This document shows positions 52,493 to 63,920 of a DNA stretch of 64,000 nucleotides, in pieces. The notes beneath the pieces are model-generated. The model was given only the letters and a program-made list of their open reading frames with translations. It searched no databases and was not told the origin of the DNA. The position numbers and the translations under genes were made by a program. The stretch lies in the NCBI GenBank assembly GCA_036172245.1, contig JAYWIR010000039.1, forward strand, positions 620,001 through 684,000. Reading direction: 5' to 3'. How positions within the stretch are numbered: the first letter of the stretch is position 1; each line of letters starts with the position of its first letter. This DNA is from Raillietiella orientalis. Its lineage: Eukaryota.

Positions 52493-53626
52493 AGGCAACG
52501 GGTTTCCAAGCAACGTTGACAAGGCAGCTTCGGCTTTCCCGACGTACACGCTTCGGCTGTACATGCACTCGAATCAGCTTTCCCGTTTCAGCAGCACGGC
52601 TTTGAGAAATGACCGTTGCCTCCCGAAGCCGTCGTTCCGGCGCGCATGCGCAACGGCAGGCAATGCGCCGTCATTCTCCGGACGTGCGTCTCTTCTCGTC
52701 TCTGGGCTGGAGCGAGCGCAGCTACTGCCGCCGTCTCGAGTTTTTCGGCAAGGTGCAGCTTTCATTCCCATCATGCGAACGTAGAGGTGCGGGCGCTACG
52801 GATGCGGATCCTCTGCCCCGTAGGCATGGGTTAGCCTCCCGCCACGCGCTGGTCAGGAAAGTCGCGCCGGCTATCTGCTCTGCGCGACCACGAAATCACG
52901 TGCGCTGCGCGACTCACGACTTACGACCACCGATCTCGCGGGCCGATGCAGATGCTGGACAAGATTGCTGCGGCGCAAATCTGCAAGCCATCGCTGTTTC
53001 CCGTGCTATCGCGGGTCTTTCAATCTGATCGCTGCCTGTCTCGTTCCGGAAATGGGAGAAAATCCCGCCAGCCCGCCCTTGGAATGGAACCAATTTCGGG
53101 TAACCTATTTTTCTTCCTATTCCATCTTCGGGAACGGCGCATGCCCCGAATCTCGGACGCGAAAGCGCACTGACGCAACAACCGCTCTCTGTTCAGCAGA
53201 GCGAAAAAGTTTCCCGTTTCCCGGACAACCCTATGCCAACGCAGACGTTTCGACGATTAAAATCTTATATCTTTGTTTGGGAGCAATTTGGGGGAGCTAT
53301 CTGGCGGTCGGATCTCTCTACGGGAGATGAATGATCATTTCCCGGTACTTCCAGTTTCGTGTGCACCCTTGCCGTCAAGTGAGTTCGGATTCTTCGCCCT
53401 TCTTCCGGGGGCTTGCCTCGGAAGGGAAGAAGGCACTTGGAAGATGCTTCTCGGGCGTCCCGGAAGGGAGGGAGAGCGCACTTTCCAAGGGGAGAGGTCC
53501 GCAGGAGGTTCGGTGGAGGAGAGGTCGCCCGCCATCTTTGGTCACCCACGACGTCGGACGGGGATCTGAGTGGGGAGCACCAGGGGACGTGCGCAAGCAG
53601 TCCTCATCGAGACTCCTGGACTTAGT

Positions 53627-53700
53627 GCCCGCGTCGGAGGCCTTGTGGTTAAGGCCTCCGCGTGTGGCACCGTGCGTCGCGGGTTCGAATACTTCGGCAG
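53627..53700 (+). ncRNA. tRNA-like Pol III promoter head (A box/B box); not a functional tRNA
   Basis: A-box-like AGGCCTTGTGG-TTAAGGC and B-box-like GGTTCGAATAC at tRNA spacing. tGTGgc sits at the anticodon position (His-like). The acceptor and T stems do not pair well. Confidence 0.65.
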
Positions 53701-53828
53701 AAACTCTGACGTCACTGCGTCGTCGGATTCCGAGTTTCTCCTGCAATGGCAATGGTTGGCCGAGACATTCGGGCGTGGCACCGGCGGTGGATTAAGCCGG
53801 AGGCCTCCGATGAAGGCCGGAACAATGG

Positions 53829-54382
53829 GAGTGGACCTTCGGGTCTTCCCAGGAATAAAGGAGTGGGGAGTTCCCCCTCCGGTTTCAAGATGGAACAGGG
53901 GCCCTCACGGGCACCTCTTCAGTTGTTCAAAGGAGCGGACCCTCCCCGTTGCGGGGGAGGACCCTCCGAGTCGTCGCCTCTTCACAGAGTACAAGGAAGC
54001 AAGCGAGAGCTATTCCCTGCGGGAAGCTGCAGCGCCCCTTCCGAGTTTCGGAAGCGTCCCTTCGGGGTTCTCTTCAGAGGAGTGAATAGAAGCGGTTCCC
54101 TTGCGGGTTCCCTCCGGAGAAGAAATTCCTACAAGCGGATCCTTTCCGGGTTCCCTTCGGAGAAGTTGAAATGGAGAGGACCACCCCCTATTACGGGGGT
54201 GTCCCTCCAGAGAGAATGAGGAAGGAGATTCCCTTCGAGGTTCCCCTCCGGGGACAACCAGGGTGGGAGGTGCGATCCCCCCATCCGGGGGGATCCCTTC
54301 CCAAGCGTGAGAGGAACGGACTCCGAGCCTTTCCTGGATTCATAAGGCGGACCCCCATCCCGGGATGCCCCTATCCTGAAGA
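53829..54382 (+). repeat. Degenerate array of ~12 hairpin units (period ~30-70 nt, core 38-47 nt)
   Basis: Consensus GAAGCGGA-[C-rich arm]-loop-[G-rich arm]-TCCCTCCGGAGAAG-variable spacer, e.g. aagcggttcccttgcgggttccctccggagaag and aagcggatcctttccgggttcccttcggagaag. Confidence 0.75.
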
Positions 54383-56089
54383 ATTACACTTCCCCCTGCG
54401 GGCTGCCGCGGGCGGAGGGGCGTTGAAATAAAACTGTATTTAATGTTTAAAAAGAGCCACTTGCGCCGCGAGGCACGCGACCGGTTCTGAGGTACTTAGC
54501 AAATCAAAATAAAAAAAGAAAACTCTTAAAAAAAAAAAAGCTGAAAGAAAAACAGCATACAGAAGAAAAAAGAAGAACTCAAGGATTTCCATCGTCCTAG
54601 GCCAATAGTAAAGATCTCCTCGTGGGGGTCGCTACTGGCCTTGAAAAAAAAAAAAAAAAACTCCTGGACTTACAGGATGCGGCTTTGCCCGAGGTCCTGA
54701 TATGCCCTCGAAGAGTGCCGCTTCATCGTACATCATTTCAGTTGCATTTCGGGGTAGTCAAGCCCTTGAGCGAAGGATCAACTTCATTTTCTTAATGTTT
54801 TTTTTTTTTTTTTTTCTACGAAAGATAATGCTGGAAACAGATGAAGGAGACGTCCCCTTTCGTCACCAGCCACCGTCTTCGCCTGCGTCTTCTTTCCGGG
54901 TTTCTTGCGCCGCGGGCAGTGTCCCTTTCGTTGCTTCCGGTGCACATCCGGGGAACGCTCTTTGTCGGAGCGCGCCCATCTCTTTTCCGAAGCATCTTCC
55001 GCCTGCTTCCTGGGAACTTTGACTCCTCAGAATGCTCCATCATTTTGTTCATCCCAGAGAGTGGGTCTCGCGTCCCTGCTTCTGTCTTGTCTTTCCCGCT
55101 GCTGTCGCTGGGTGGCGCCGAGTGCGAGAGGCGTTCCGCATGACTGCCTTCTCTTCGCCCTGGGGCACGGGATGCGCCGGCTGACTTGGATCCGTTCCCG
55201 GAACGGTCTGGTTGGCAGCTGACAGCTCTCCCAGTCTCGCAAGGTGGTGCCCCACCTGCGGTACGCTAGCTCATCGCATCTGTCCGCCATCTCTCGTGGA
55301 CTGCTAGAAACCGCAGGGACTCTTCCCACCAACCTGTCTCAGAGGCGATGGGCGCTCTGACCCCGGTGCGCGGTGCACGCGTGGGCAGAAAGCGCCTCAT
55401 GGGGCTAGCGAACTGAGCGTGTTTGTCACGGAGAGGGAGGTGTCTCGGTGTGCGATGCTGCTCCACCCAGGAGATGCTTGGCTTCTCTGCGACAAGCGAT
55501 GCTTCCTGCTGCCCTGTACCGAACTGTGAGTAGGCGGAAGGTGATCTTCTTCTTCATCTGCGCATCCAATCCTGCGTCCACAAATGTGATCTCGAGTCCT
55601 TTCCCCTCAGACTCAACATTTCAACTTGTTCCTCTTGGAAGCTTGCCTTCCCCCCCCTCCCCCCCGACAGGATGCTCACGATGCCACTGTGGGCTTCGTT
55701 TCGTTTTTCGCGGCCCATCCCGTAAAATTCATCCCCCATTTAAGCATTCACCGAAAGGCGGCGATCGTAACCAGCCCTATCCTGTCACCATCGAAGGGAT
55801 CGTTCCTTGGGATGAATTTAACGCTTTCGGATCCGGAGAGGTCAGCACTTTGGGGCAGCCTCCAGCGCCACCCGACTCGGTTTCGTTGGATTTGAGCAGC
55901 CGCGAGGCCACTTTCACAGGCAAAGATAAACACGAAGCGCGGAGCGTTCTAGGAGCCCAGGCCTCCCTGCTGCCGCCAGCGAGATAGCCGGAAGCGACTG
56001 TCCGTGCTCGTCCACCATCGGGCCAGGATTAGTTTAAGAAAAGGCTTGCAGGTGCCTCTAAAGCGAGGAGGCAGCAGGAGCGAGGCGAA

Positions 56090-56570
56090 GCATCGGAAGT
56101 GACGTTGAAGTCGTATCGGAAGCAACCGGGATCGAATCGATGAGGAGTGCACAATGAACGGGGACGGGGAGCAGCACGCAGGAGAGGCTCTAGTGCTCAT
56201 GTCTGAAGGAAGAAGAACCCTCAAGGCATCTCAGTAAGGGAGTGGGGGCTAGCACCGGTCCTCTTTATGAGGAAGAGCAACAGATCGCCAGCAAACTAAC
56301 GCACGAAGGAGCAGGCTACAAGCTCGCCTCAGGGACCATCCAGGTATTCAGAATTCCGCAGCAACAGATATGAAAAGGAACCAAGCGTCTTGGTTGGAAG
56401 CGCAGGAACGCTCCAATCCCTGATCGCCGGCACATCTATTTCAGACAAACGAACGAAAGTTCGGGAACACGTGAGAAGAATGGAGACACGGCGTTTCCTG
56501 CATACCCGCAGCCTTCTCCCTACCGAACTCCGGTACCATCCTCGGACACTGGGCCTCTTCAGCCACGAGG
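56090..56570 (-). mobile_element. Decayed APE-type endonuclease of a LINE ORF2
   Basis: PSVRGW (N-V-R-G-L like), AGMQET (LQET) and YDFNV (GDFN) occur in the expected order and spacing across frameshifts. Confidence 0.4.
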
Positions 56571-57849
56571 GATCCGATCGTTCCGGATGGAGATTGCCAT
56601 CGGAGGGTCGATCTGGCTTACATTTGCGCTCAGCTTGCCCGTCTCCTGACATCGTCGGAGGGGACATCCCGTGCAGGCCACGCTGCGGCCCCGAGCCGCT
56701 CCTCGACTTCGGTCGGCGCTTTTTTTCCGGGACACATCACTGACGCTCACGCTGCCTCCCAAGCGGGTGGACGTTCGTCTTCGAGGATTTGGAAGCTTCG
56801 CGCTCCGCGCCGCTGCCGTCACCATTCGCGAATCGAGCGGGTCCGGGCGGTGCGTCCTGCATCCGATGTCGGACGCTACTGCCAACTTTCTCCCCCGCGC
56901 CGATCGCCGTTGCCATCCGCCGGGCAAGAGAGTCGTAAGCATCGGCCCGCCTGCTGGATGCTATCTTCGAAGTCGCAGCCCCCGTCCGGAAAGATGAATC
57001 GATGTCCTCTTCGTGGCGCGAGATCGGGAGCGGTCGCCAGCGGACATCCGGCATTTCCGTGCCGCGGAGACGACTTCCCGTCCTTCCGGCGACGCTGCCT
57101 TGCTCTGAGGCCTGAGGACGCACTGCACTTCGGTGCGCGTGGACGAGAACGCCGGCGGCAGTGCTTCGGACGTGCGTCTGCGCCAGGTCCCAGGCACGCC
57201 CTTCGCCTTGCCCTGCGGCCGCTTGTCTGACGGCCAGCCACTGTGGTCGAACCGTACAACCAGCGCCTGCGCCTCTCAAGAGGAGCTACTGGACGATCAG
57301 CATGTTGAATCTTTCATCCCATATATGCGCCAACTCTTCCGCATGGCATGCAAGCGGGGCGGCTGGTCCTAGGCGACTCACAGAGTCGCTTTCAAAACGG
57401 ATAGATGGACCGGGAAGAATGAATGCCAGCACCAGTGGGGAAAAAAGGTTGTCAGGACAGAATTGATCCTATATGGGATCAGAAAGCAGCAGCATCAAGC
57501 AAGGAGGAACGAGGACACAATAGTCGCTCACAGCAAGGGATTGAGCGCAAAAGAACTTTCCAGGGCGATCGCGTCTTTCCTCCACGTTCTGACGCTCCAC
57601 AACAGAATGTTTAGAAGGAAGGAGTAATCCAGCCCTCCAGAAGCGCGAAATCTTCGTTCTTGGAAGTGCGGCTTCACGAAGTGCGCCTGTGCGCGCATAG
57701 TCAAGGTGAAAGAGCATGTGACATACTGGATGCGAGAGCTGCTCCGAGGCAGAAGCGCAGAGCTGTTCCATGCCAGCGGCGAAATCTGGAGCAGGCTGTT
57801 GAGAGCCCATTCATCGGCAAGAAATCACAACAATCCTGAGATGCCCCTA

Positions 57850-58330
57850 GCACCTGGAGCGGCGCCCTGGAAGGCTGATTTTCTGGAGTAGATGCCAGAT
57901 GACCTCCTCATGATTCCTCACAGAGATCTCTTGCGTGGCGCCAGGTCAGGGTTCTGCAAAGGAAACGCGAATCTCAGGGTGTGTAGCGAATCCGAAAACA
58001 TCCCGCACTCGTGCAAACACCACACACAAGAGCGAGATTGGAAAGTGGCAAGGCAAGCAGCTGGTTCGCAGGGAGAGATGCTGAAAGTTCTGCGAGCACT
58101 GCCAGAAGGAGAAGGAAATGTTCCGCGATGCAACCCCTGGTAGGGACGACCATCTTCTTGCTCCTCAGCAGCATCCCAGTAAGGAGGAATAAGCTACGAA
58201 GAGGTGAGTATGGAACGGCCTCAAACACCACGGTGGAACTGCTGGAACGAGAATCTGGCATCCGAGAATGTGTCAGATTTCCGTAGACCTGCCACTGCAT
58301 CCCGAAGAAGATCCAAAATGCGACCCGGAT
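57850..58330 (-). mobile_element. Possible decayed LINE RT fragment
   Basis: GLHRGTFPSP, MFSD, SSGIYSRKS and VLG follow the order of GxRQGxPLSP, FADD, SGLxxNxxKS, YLG. Very degenerate. Confidence 0.25.
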
Positions 58331-59438
58331 CGGATGGCGACTGATCATTCCCGGAAGAACGCGGAACGCGGCGATCGCAAACGTGGGAAGAACTAGTGCG
58401 AGGTGGTGGTGCAAAGGTCAATTCGTGTGGGTGGGTTCTGGGGCAGAGGACTCTGTTGCATTCTTGTGCGTTTTTCCTTTGCTACTGTTAATTCGCGAGC
58501 CAGTCAACCCTTTGGTCGGGGCTGGGAATGCCGCACAAACGTGGGACACGTCTCTCGGCGATGTGCGAAATTCCCGAGGTCTCGGAGTGGAGAGGGAAGG
58601 GGTGAGTTCCCAGCTCTGCTTTCAATTCGCACGGGAGCTCCTTCGCATGCCACTTCCCGCTTCGGGCCACTCCTCCGCTCTGTCTGCCGGGAAGGGGGGA
58701 ATCGCTCAAGGCCTCCTGAGACGGCGACAGCGAGAAGTCGACAGGCAAGCCCCCGATCCCCAGTTCCCCCTCACTGGGAGTCCACCTTCGCGGCGCCCTC
58801 GTGGAGGTCTCTGGACGTGGCATTGTGGAAGAGTCACAGAGGGGCAGAAATCGCCGATCGATGAAGGCTGCAATGCTTGGAAGAGTGAGTTGAGATCATG
58901 CGAATGGAATGCTTCCGGGTGTCGAAACTCTGTGCAGAGTCCGGGTGATGGTCCCCGGTTTCAAGGTCACACGCGATGGAGTTTCCGTGAAGGTCGTGAG
59001 AGCGACAGCGAAAACGAAGTGAGAAACGAAGCAAAAGACTTCGGCCGCCTTCTAAAAAGCGAGCTGAATAAGACATATCAGTGGACTTGCATTCTCTTCG
59101 GGAGTGTTCGGAATTTCAGAAGTCCCCTGCCCTGGCTCGATCCGCATGAAAGAACTCACGCCTTGACCCGCATCGCTTACGGAGCGGAATCGGCCTTGAA
59201 TCCCGCTACATGGGAGGTGCTACTGGCACAAAAGACGACGGCAGCTGAGGATAGCCCTCTGAGGCCACACGTTGACCACACAGCCAAAGCAGGGAACATC
59301 GGGGTGTTTGCTGTAAGTGCAATTTCCTTCCGAGATGCATCCCTCGTGGGAGGTGACCGAAGTTCCTCGACTTCGGATTAAGACAGTTGCCAGAGTGAAA
59401 TGTTGCTGCTTAGCAGCGAGCCCAGGCTCTGATCTCTG

Positions 59439-59463
59439 CACACACACGCACACACACACACAC
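59439..59463. repeat. (CA)n microsatellite
   Basis: cacacacacgcacacacacacacac. Confidence 0.85.
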
Positions 59464-60369
59464 TTGACCAGTTTGAAAGCGGGTTCCTGAGGTTCTCGCG
59501 AGTGGTCCGGCAAGCGCGACTTAGGAAGATGCATTTGAGGGCGGGGGTCGGGTCGGGATGAGACTGTGGGCGGGTGTCGAATGTGAAGAGGCAGACTGCG
59601 GACGTTTTTCCCACTCACAGGTACTCTTAGCCTCAGGGATGCCATCGGAGCCTTCCGGAGTACCGCCGTTCCCCCCAGCTGAGCAACGGACATCTCGTCA
59701 GGCTCTAGCCAGGGCAGGTCACGTTTCAGGGAAAGGTCCTCCACCCTACAGGTGCACCCTACGAGATTTGGCTGCTTCGCGCGTCGGCGCCTTCCCGTTG
59801 CGTTCTCCAGCCCCTGCACCTCGTTTCTGAGGGCTGCAGGACTCCAGCTCGGCGTCGTCTTGAAGGGAGGTGGATCGCTGGATCGAAACCGGATTCTCGG
59901 AGTTCCCGAAACTCCTCCGTAGATGCTGCCCGTTCGGTCGCCGCGCGCGCTGCAGCAGCTCGCGCAGGACCGAACCCTCTTTGTCTCGCGGCGACACTGA
60001 GAGGGTCCACAGAGGGCGACTGGAGGCTTCTTTTCGCTCTTCAGCGTTCGTCATCCATTCAAAGAGGAATTTCCGTCTGGAATGGAACATTCGACCTTCC
60101 TGGTAGGCAGTCCCAAGCGACCTGAATGCGGCCGAATGGGTTCTTCGTTTCCAGTCAATCATGCGGAAGAACTGCTTCTTTCTTTTCCTCATTGAGGGTT
60201 GACCCCGCCGATATTTGCCTCCTCGTGATGCAGCTGATTCTCCCTTTCAATGTCGATTTTCCCTGAGCTTTGGGAGAGTCCTGCCGTTTCTAGGAGCCTC
60301 AACAAGCTCTGCACCAAATCGTTTCCTTCCCCCCTCCCTCTCTCCCCCTCATTTTTCCCGAGAAATGAC

Positions 60370-60997
60370 TCTTCGGCCCCGGAATTTGGTAACGGAGTCG
60401 GAATCTACGGCGTGGGCTGTATCCTTTTTTGGGGAGCTGCGACATCTGGAAACGAGTGGTTTGTATCCTTCGCCCTCGTGGTCGCCGTGCACTCCGTTTG
60501 CGAATCCCGTTCTCGATCGGACCAAACAGATGGAACTCCTATAAGACCAAATCCCGGTTTCATGCTGGAATGGGTGGTGGGAGTGAGGGGTGGGGGGCTC
60601 GTCCCGCTGAGGGATTCTACTGTCTTCAATCTGGCTGCGACGTTCGTCGCTGTCGCTGAAGAGAAGGGCGTTTTGATGTTCCTCTCCGGTCGAACTGGTT
60701 TCATGCGCGCACGGATCCTTCCCAAAATGTTCCTCGCAATTTACTGTTGCTCCTTTCTCCGCAGTGTCGACTAAAATAACCCCTTTTATGTCCCAGAGGG
60801 CAGGGTTGCTATCACTTTCCCTACTGAAAGAGTTATGCTGAACTTCTTGCGTGGAGAAATCATGTGATGCCACTCCATGGATTGCAGCCTCCGTAAACGA
60901 CGTTTTTAGACATTTATGATCATCCCTCCCACTGTTATTCTGAAGCCATTAGGAGCTCGATGACAGCTCTGCAGCGCACTTCCCTCTCGGAGTCCAT
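60370..60997 (-). mobile_element. Internally deleted, frameshifted mariner transposase pseudogene
   Basis: N-terminal MDSEREVRCRAVIELLMA...HKCLK.VYG is joined directly to QSMEWHHMISPRKKFSITLSVGKVIAT/WDIKGVILVDTAEKGATVN...RIRARMKPVRPERN...EFHLFGPIENGIR. These match mariner motifs QSxEWxH, SAGKVMATVFWD-x-x-G and DFHLFGPLK. Confidence 0.85.
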
Positions 60998-63685
60998 TTA
61001 AAAGGCTGGTTGCAATGAGTGGCATCTGACGGAAGGTCCTGGAACTGCATAGCGGAGAGGAGGCGTGCACCGCTAATGCATATTAATTAATATACATAGC
61101 GACGTCGCATATTTCCGAGGGTCATCTGGGAGGACCCTGGGACTCCGAAATTCCTGCTCCCTTGCGACGAGGCTCCTCGAACGCTCTCCTGCCAGAGTGT
61201 TTTCGCGGCGCCTGCGGTCCGGCAAATCCATCCCCGCAGCAGTAGCGCCCAGGGCAGGAGAGCTGATTCTTCAATCCCCGGGCAAAAGTTGCTGGAGTTG
61301 ATTTTTGATGTGGGCGCACCATCGTCTCGGCGCCAATGAGTGAGCGGAATGTCGGCGGCGAGTGTTTTTCGGAGCCCATTAGCTCGAGCACAAGCGCGAA
61401 GCCGTCGAAGGCACAGATGTCTTCCGCTACCGCCTACCAGCACTGAGCGCCCGACTGTCGAGGAAGCTTCCTCACCCGCTTTGAGATTCTTTCCACCCTT
61501 TGCCGTCCTACACGGTTTGCCCGGCCGGTGGCTGCAGCACCCTCTGGCGATGCGTTCTGCTCCACTGCATCGACTCCAGCAGACCACTGGAATGAGAACC
61601 ATTCGGGATGGTGTCGGTCACAGGTCTGAACCCGACACGCGTCAACCGGAGGCCACGCACGCTCCTCCTAGAAAGTGCATTCGTGAATCCGAGGGAAGCA
61701 GTTTCCGGGAAAAAAACAGGGCGAGGGCCTTTCCCCTTCTAGCAGCTCCCCCTCCCTCGTGATCCCAGAAGGTGCTGCCTGGGTTCCAAGGCAGCACCTT
61801 CTGGTCAAGTCAAGGGTATCGGAGATGGGTCGAGCGTGCGGGAGCTGTCCGGGAAGTTGTCCGCGGGGTGAGGGCAGTGCCTGCTCTGCTAGCGGTCCTC
61901 TGGATTCCTCTTCGAGCGGGGCGGCATTCGAGGAAGGAGAAACAGATGTCTATCTGGCGCTTCCAGCTGCAGGGGAACCCAGTTCTTACGCACTAGCAGC
62001 CGGGCTAGGGGGCACAAAAATGCAGCCGGTGGGGAAGGGGGAGAGGGGAAGTTGATGCTCCCTGCGCCCTCCCAAAGCCAGGGACACGATGGAAGATGGG
62101 AACCTTGCAAGATTCGCGTCGTGCCCCACTTATCGTGGCCTCGCAGATCCCCCACGCCGAGAAGTCTACTCTCCTTCCCTCAAAAAAGGGGAAAAAAAAG
62201 AAACGGAGGGAGGTCTCTCTGGATTTCGGGTGCCAGCTCCTTCCCTTGGTCCAAGCCCCCATCCCCCATTGGAAGTCGTCATGGGCTTCGTGCTCTGAGG
62301 GTCACGGGCCGCTTAAAGGCTGCACTTTCGATTGCGGGTTGAATCCAACGCCTCAGGGATGACGCGACTCCGATTCGCACTTTCCCATTAGTCTTCCCCA
62401 CGCGAAATCCCACAGGAACACAACGCTTCCCCACACACCCCACGGTCATTGCAGTCGGTGATGGAAGAGGGGTTTTCCTTCCTTTTCTTTTCTCCTTTCT
62501 GAAAAAAAAAAGGATAAATCGGAAAGGAACAGGAAACTCCGGGAGCAGAGTTCCCCACCCTTTCAGTCCTGGTTGAAAATCCTCCCCCTCTTGCGAGTCT
62601 CGAACGAACCATACCCTGGGAGGCACGGGATGCTGCCTTGGTGACGCTGGTGGGGAATTCGGATCGGTGAGGAACTGAGCTGAGGCGTCGTGGACCGCGG
62701 GCACGTGGCGCATTCGACAGGCAAAGCTCCCTTGCTTTCGGCCCCCGTCCTCCTCTTCCCCCGCACTTCACCGGAGTACTCCTGCGAGGAGGCAGCCGCC
62801 CTTCTCTCACGAGCGACTCCACGTAACCCGACGCGCGTCCCTCAGGACGAGGCCTCCCAGGCTTGGGACAGGAACGCATCCAGCTTGGAGAACAGAAACC
62901 TTTGGAGTCGTTCTATCGGGAAGGAGAAGGGGAGAGGAACCCTCTTCTCTGTTTTGCACTGCCCAAGGAGCTCGGAGGGAGGGGGAGGATGGTGCGAAAA
63001 TCAGTGATTTCACCCTACGCGATCGAATCAAAGTGGTACCCTTCGAACGACACGAAGAGATCGTGAACCGCTCATGCTGAGCGCGGACTCATTTTCAGTG
63101 CGCAGCACATCAGCGAGCTGCGCTCCCTCAAGCTGCTGCTCCCCCACTTCCTCGCAGCCGAGACGGCTGCGAGGAACACTTTTCATGGACCTCACTGAGC
63201 TCGGCGTTTGTCACCCCGCTTGGCGGGATCGTGCGAATCCTGAGCTGTGCACGGGCCTCAGGGGCAGGCATTCCGCGTCTGCTCCCCATCGACCCCCAGT
63301 TATCCGCGCTCTTTCGGGTCACCGCCAACTCTCGAGATGGTCAGCTGATTTTTCAGAAGCAGCGAGTTCACGAAGCACGGAATCACCTCTGCACACCAAT
63401 CTCAAATTTCTCTTCTCCTTGATCATCCAACGTGATCAATGAGGTTCCCTTCTCAGTCTCCTGTTTGCCAGGCTTTAATGGAGACGCGACAGGGACACGG
63501 ACTTCTCCAGGCGAAACGCCTGAACTGCCACTGGTAAAACTCTGTTTCGGTACCCGTTATCGCATTCTTGAACTTGCGGGATTCAGCCTCTGCAGCCCTC
63601 CGGCATGGAGTGGCACAGGGTGAACCACTCGGAACCGGCCCGAAAAGTGTCTCTTGCCCTCCCTCACATTGTACCGCACTTTCCG

Positions 63686-63920
63686 CCGCAGAGCCACGCT
63701 CGAGGTGGGCCGCTTTCAAGTCGCTCAGCCCGTATGTGTGGACTGCATTGTTGGGAGCCGTGCTGATCGCGTGCTCTGACGTCACACCGCGAAGCCGCAC
63801 GAGAGGCAGGTCGGTTTCGAGTCGCTCAGCCCGTATGTGTGGACTGCATTGTTGGGAGCCGTGCTGATCTCGTGCTCTGACGTCACACCGCGAAGCCGCA
63901 CGAAAGTTTTCGAGTCGCTC
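63686..63920 (+). repeat. Tandem ~101-nt repeat (two near-identical units plus flanking partials)
   Basis: Units start at 63721, 63822 and (partial) 63915. The first ~83 nt of the two full units differ by one substitution. Each full unit contains the palindrome TGACGTCA. Confidence 0.95.

Larger units (their letters stand above)
53625..54660 (+). mobile_element. Long (~1.04 kb) tRNA-derived SINE-like retroposon with poly(A) tail and target-site duplication
   Basis: TSD CTCCTGGACTTA at 53613-53624 and 54661-54672. tRNA-like head at 53627-53700, poly(A)17 at 54644-54660, 3' stem-loop at 54599-54641. No TTTT inside. Confidence 0.8.

Noticed and set aside
53627..53700. Functional tRNA-His gene
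   Set aside because: The cloverleaf stems are not intact, there is no downstream T-run, and it lies inside a TSD-bounded poly(A) element.
53829..54382. CRISPR array
   Set aside because: Eukaryotic context, no cas genes, degenerate repeats and short spacers of uneven length.
58383..59381. 332-aa ORF
   Set aside because: Non-ATG start and no recognisable domain; probably antisense to retroelement debris.
61780..62200. Additional APE endonuclease remnant (VGDL, RQIDICF, LDQKVL) on - strand
   Set aside because: The motifs are too short and degenerate to support.
63755..63820. Hammerhead ribozyme in the 101-nt repeat (CTGATCG...GAA...GTC)
   Set aside because: The core lacks CUGANGA, and stems I and III do not pair next to the core in any of the copies.
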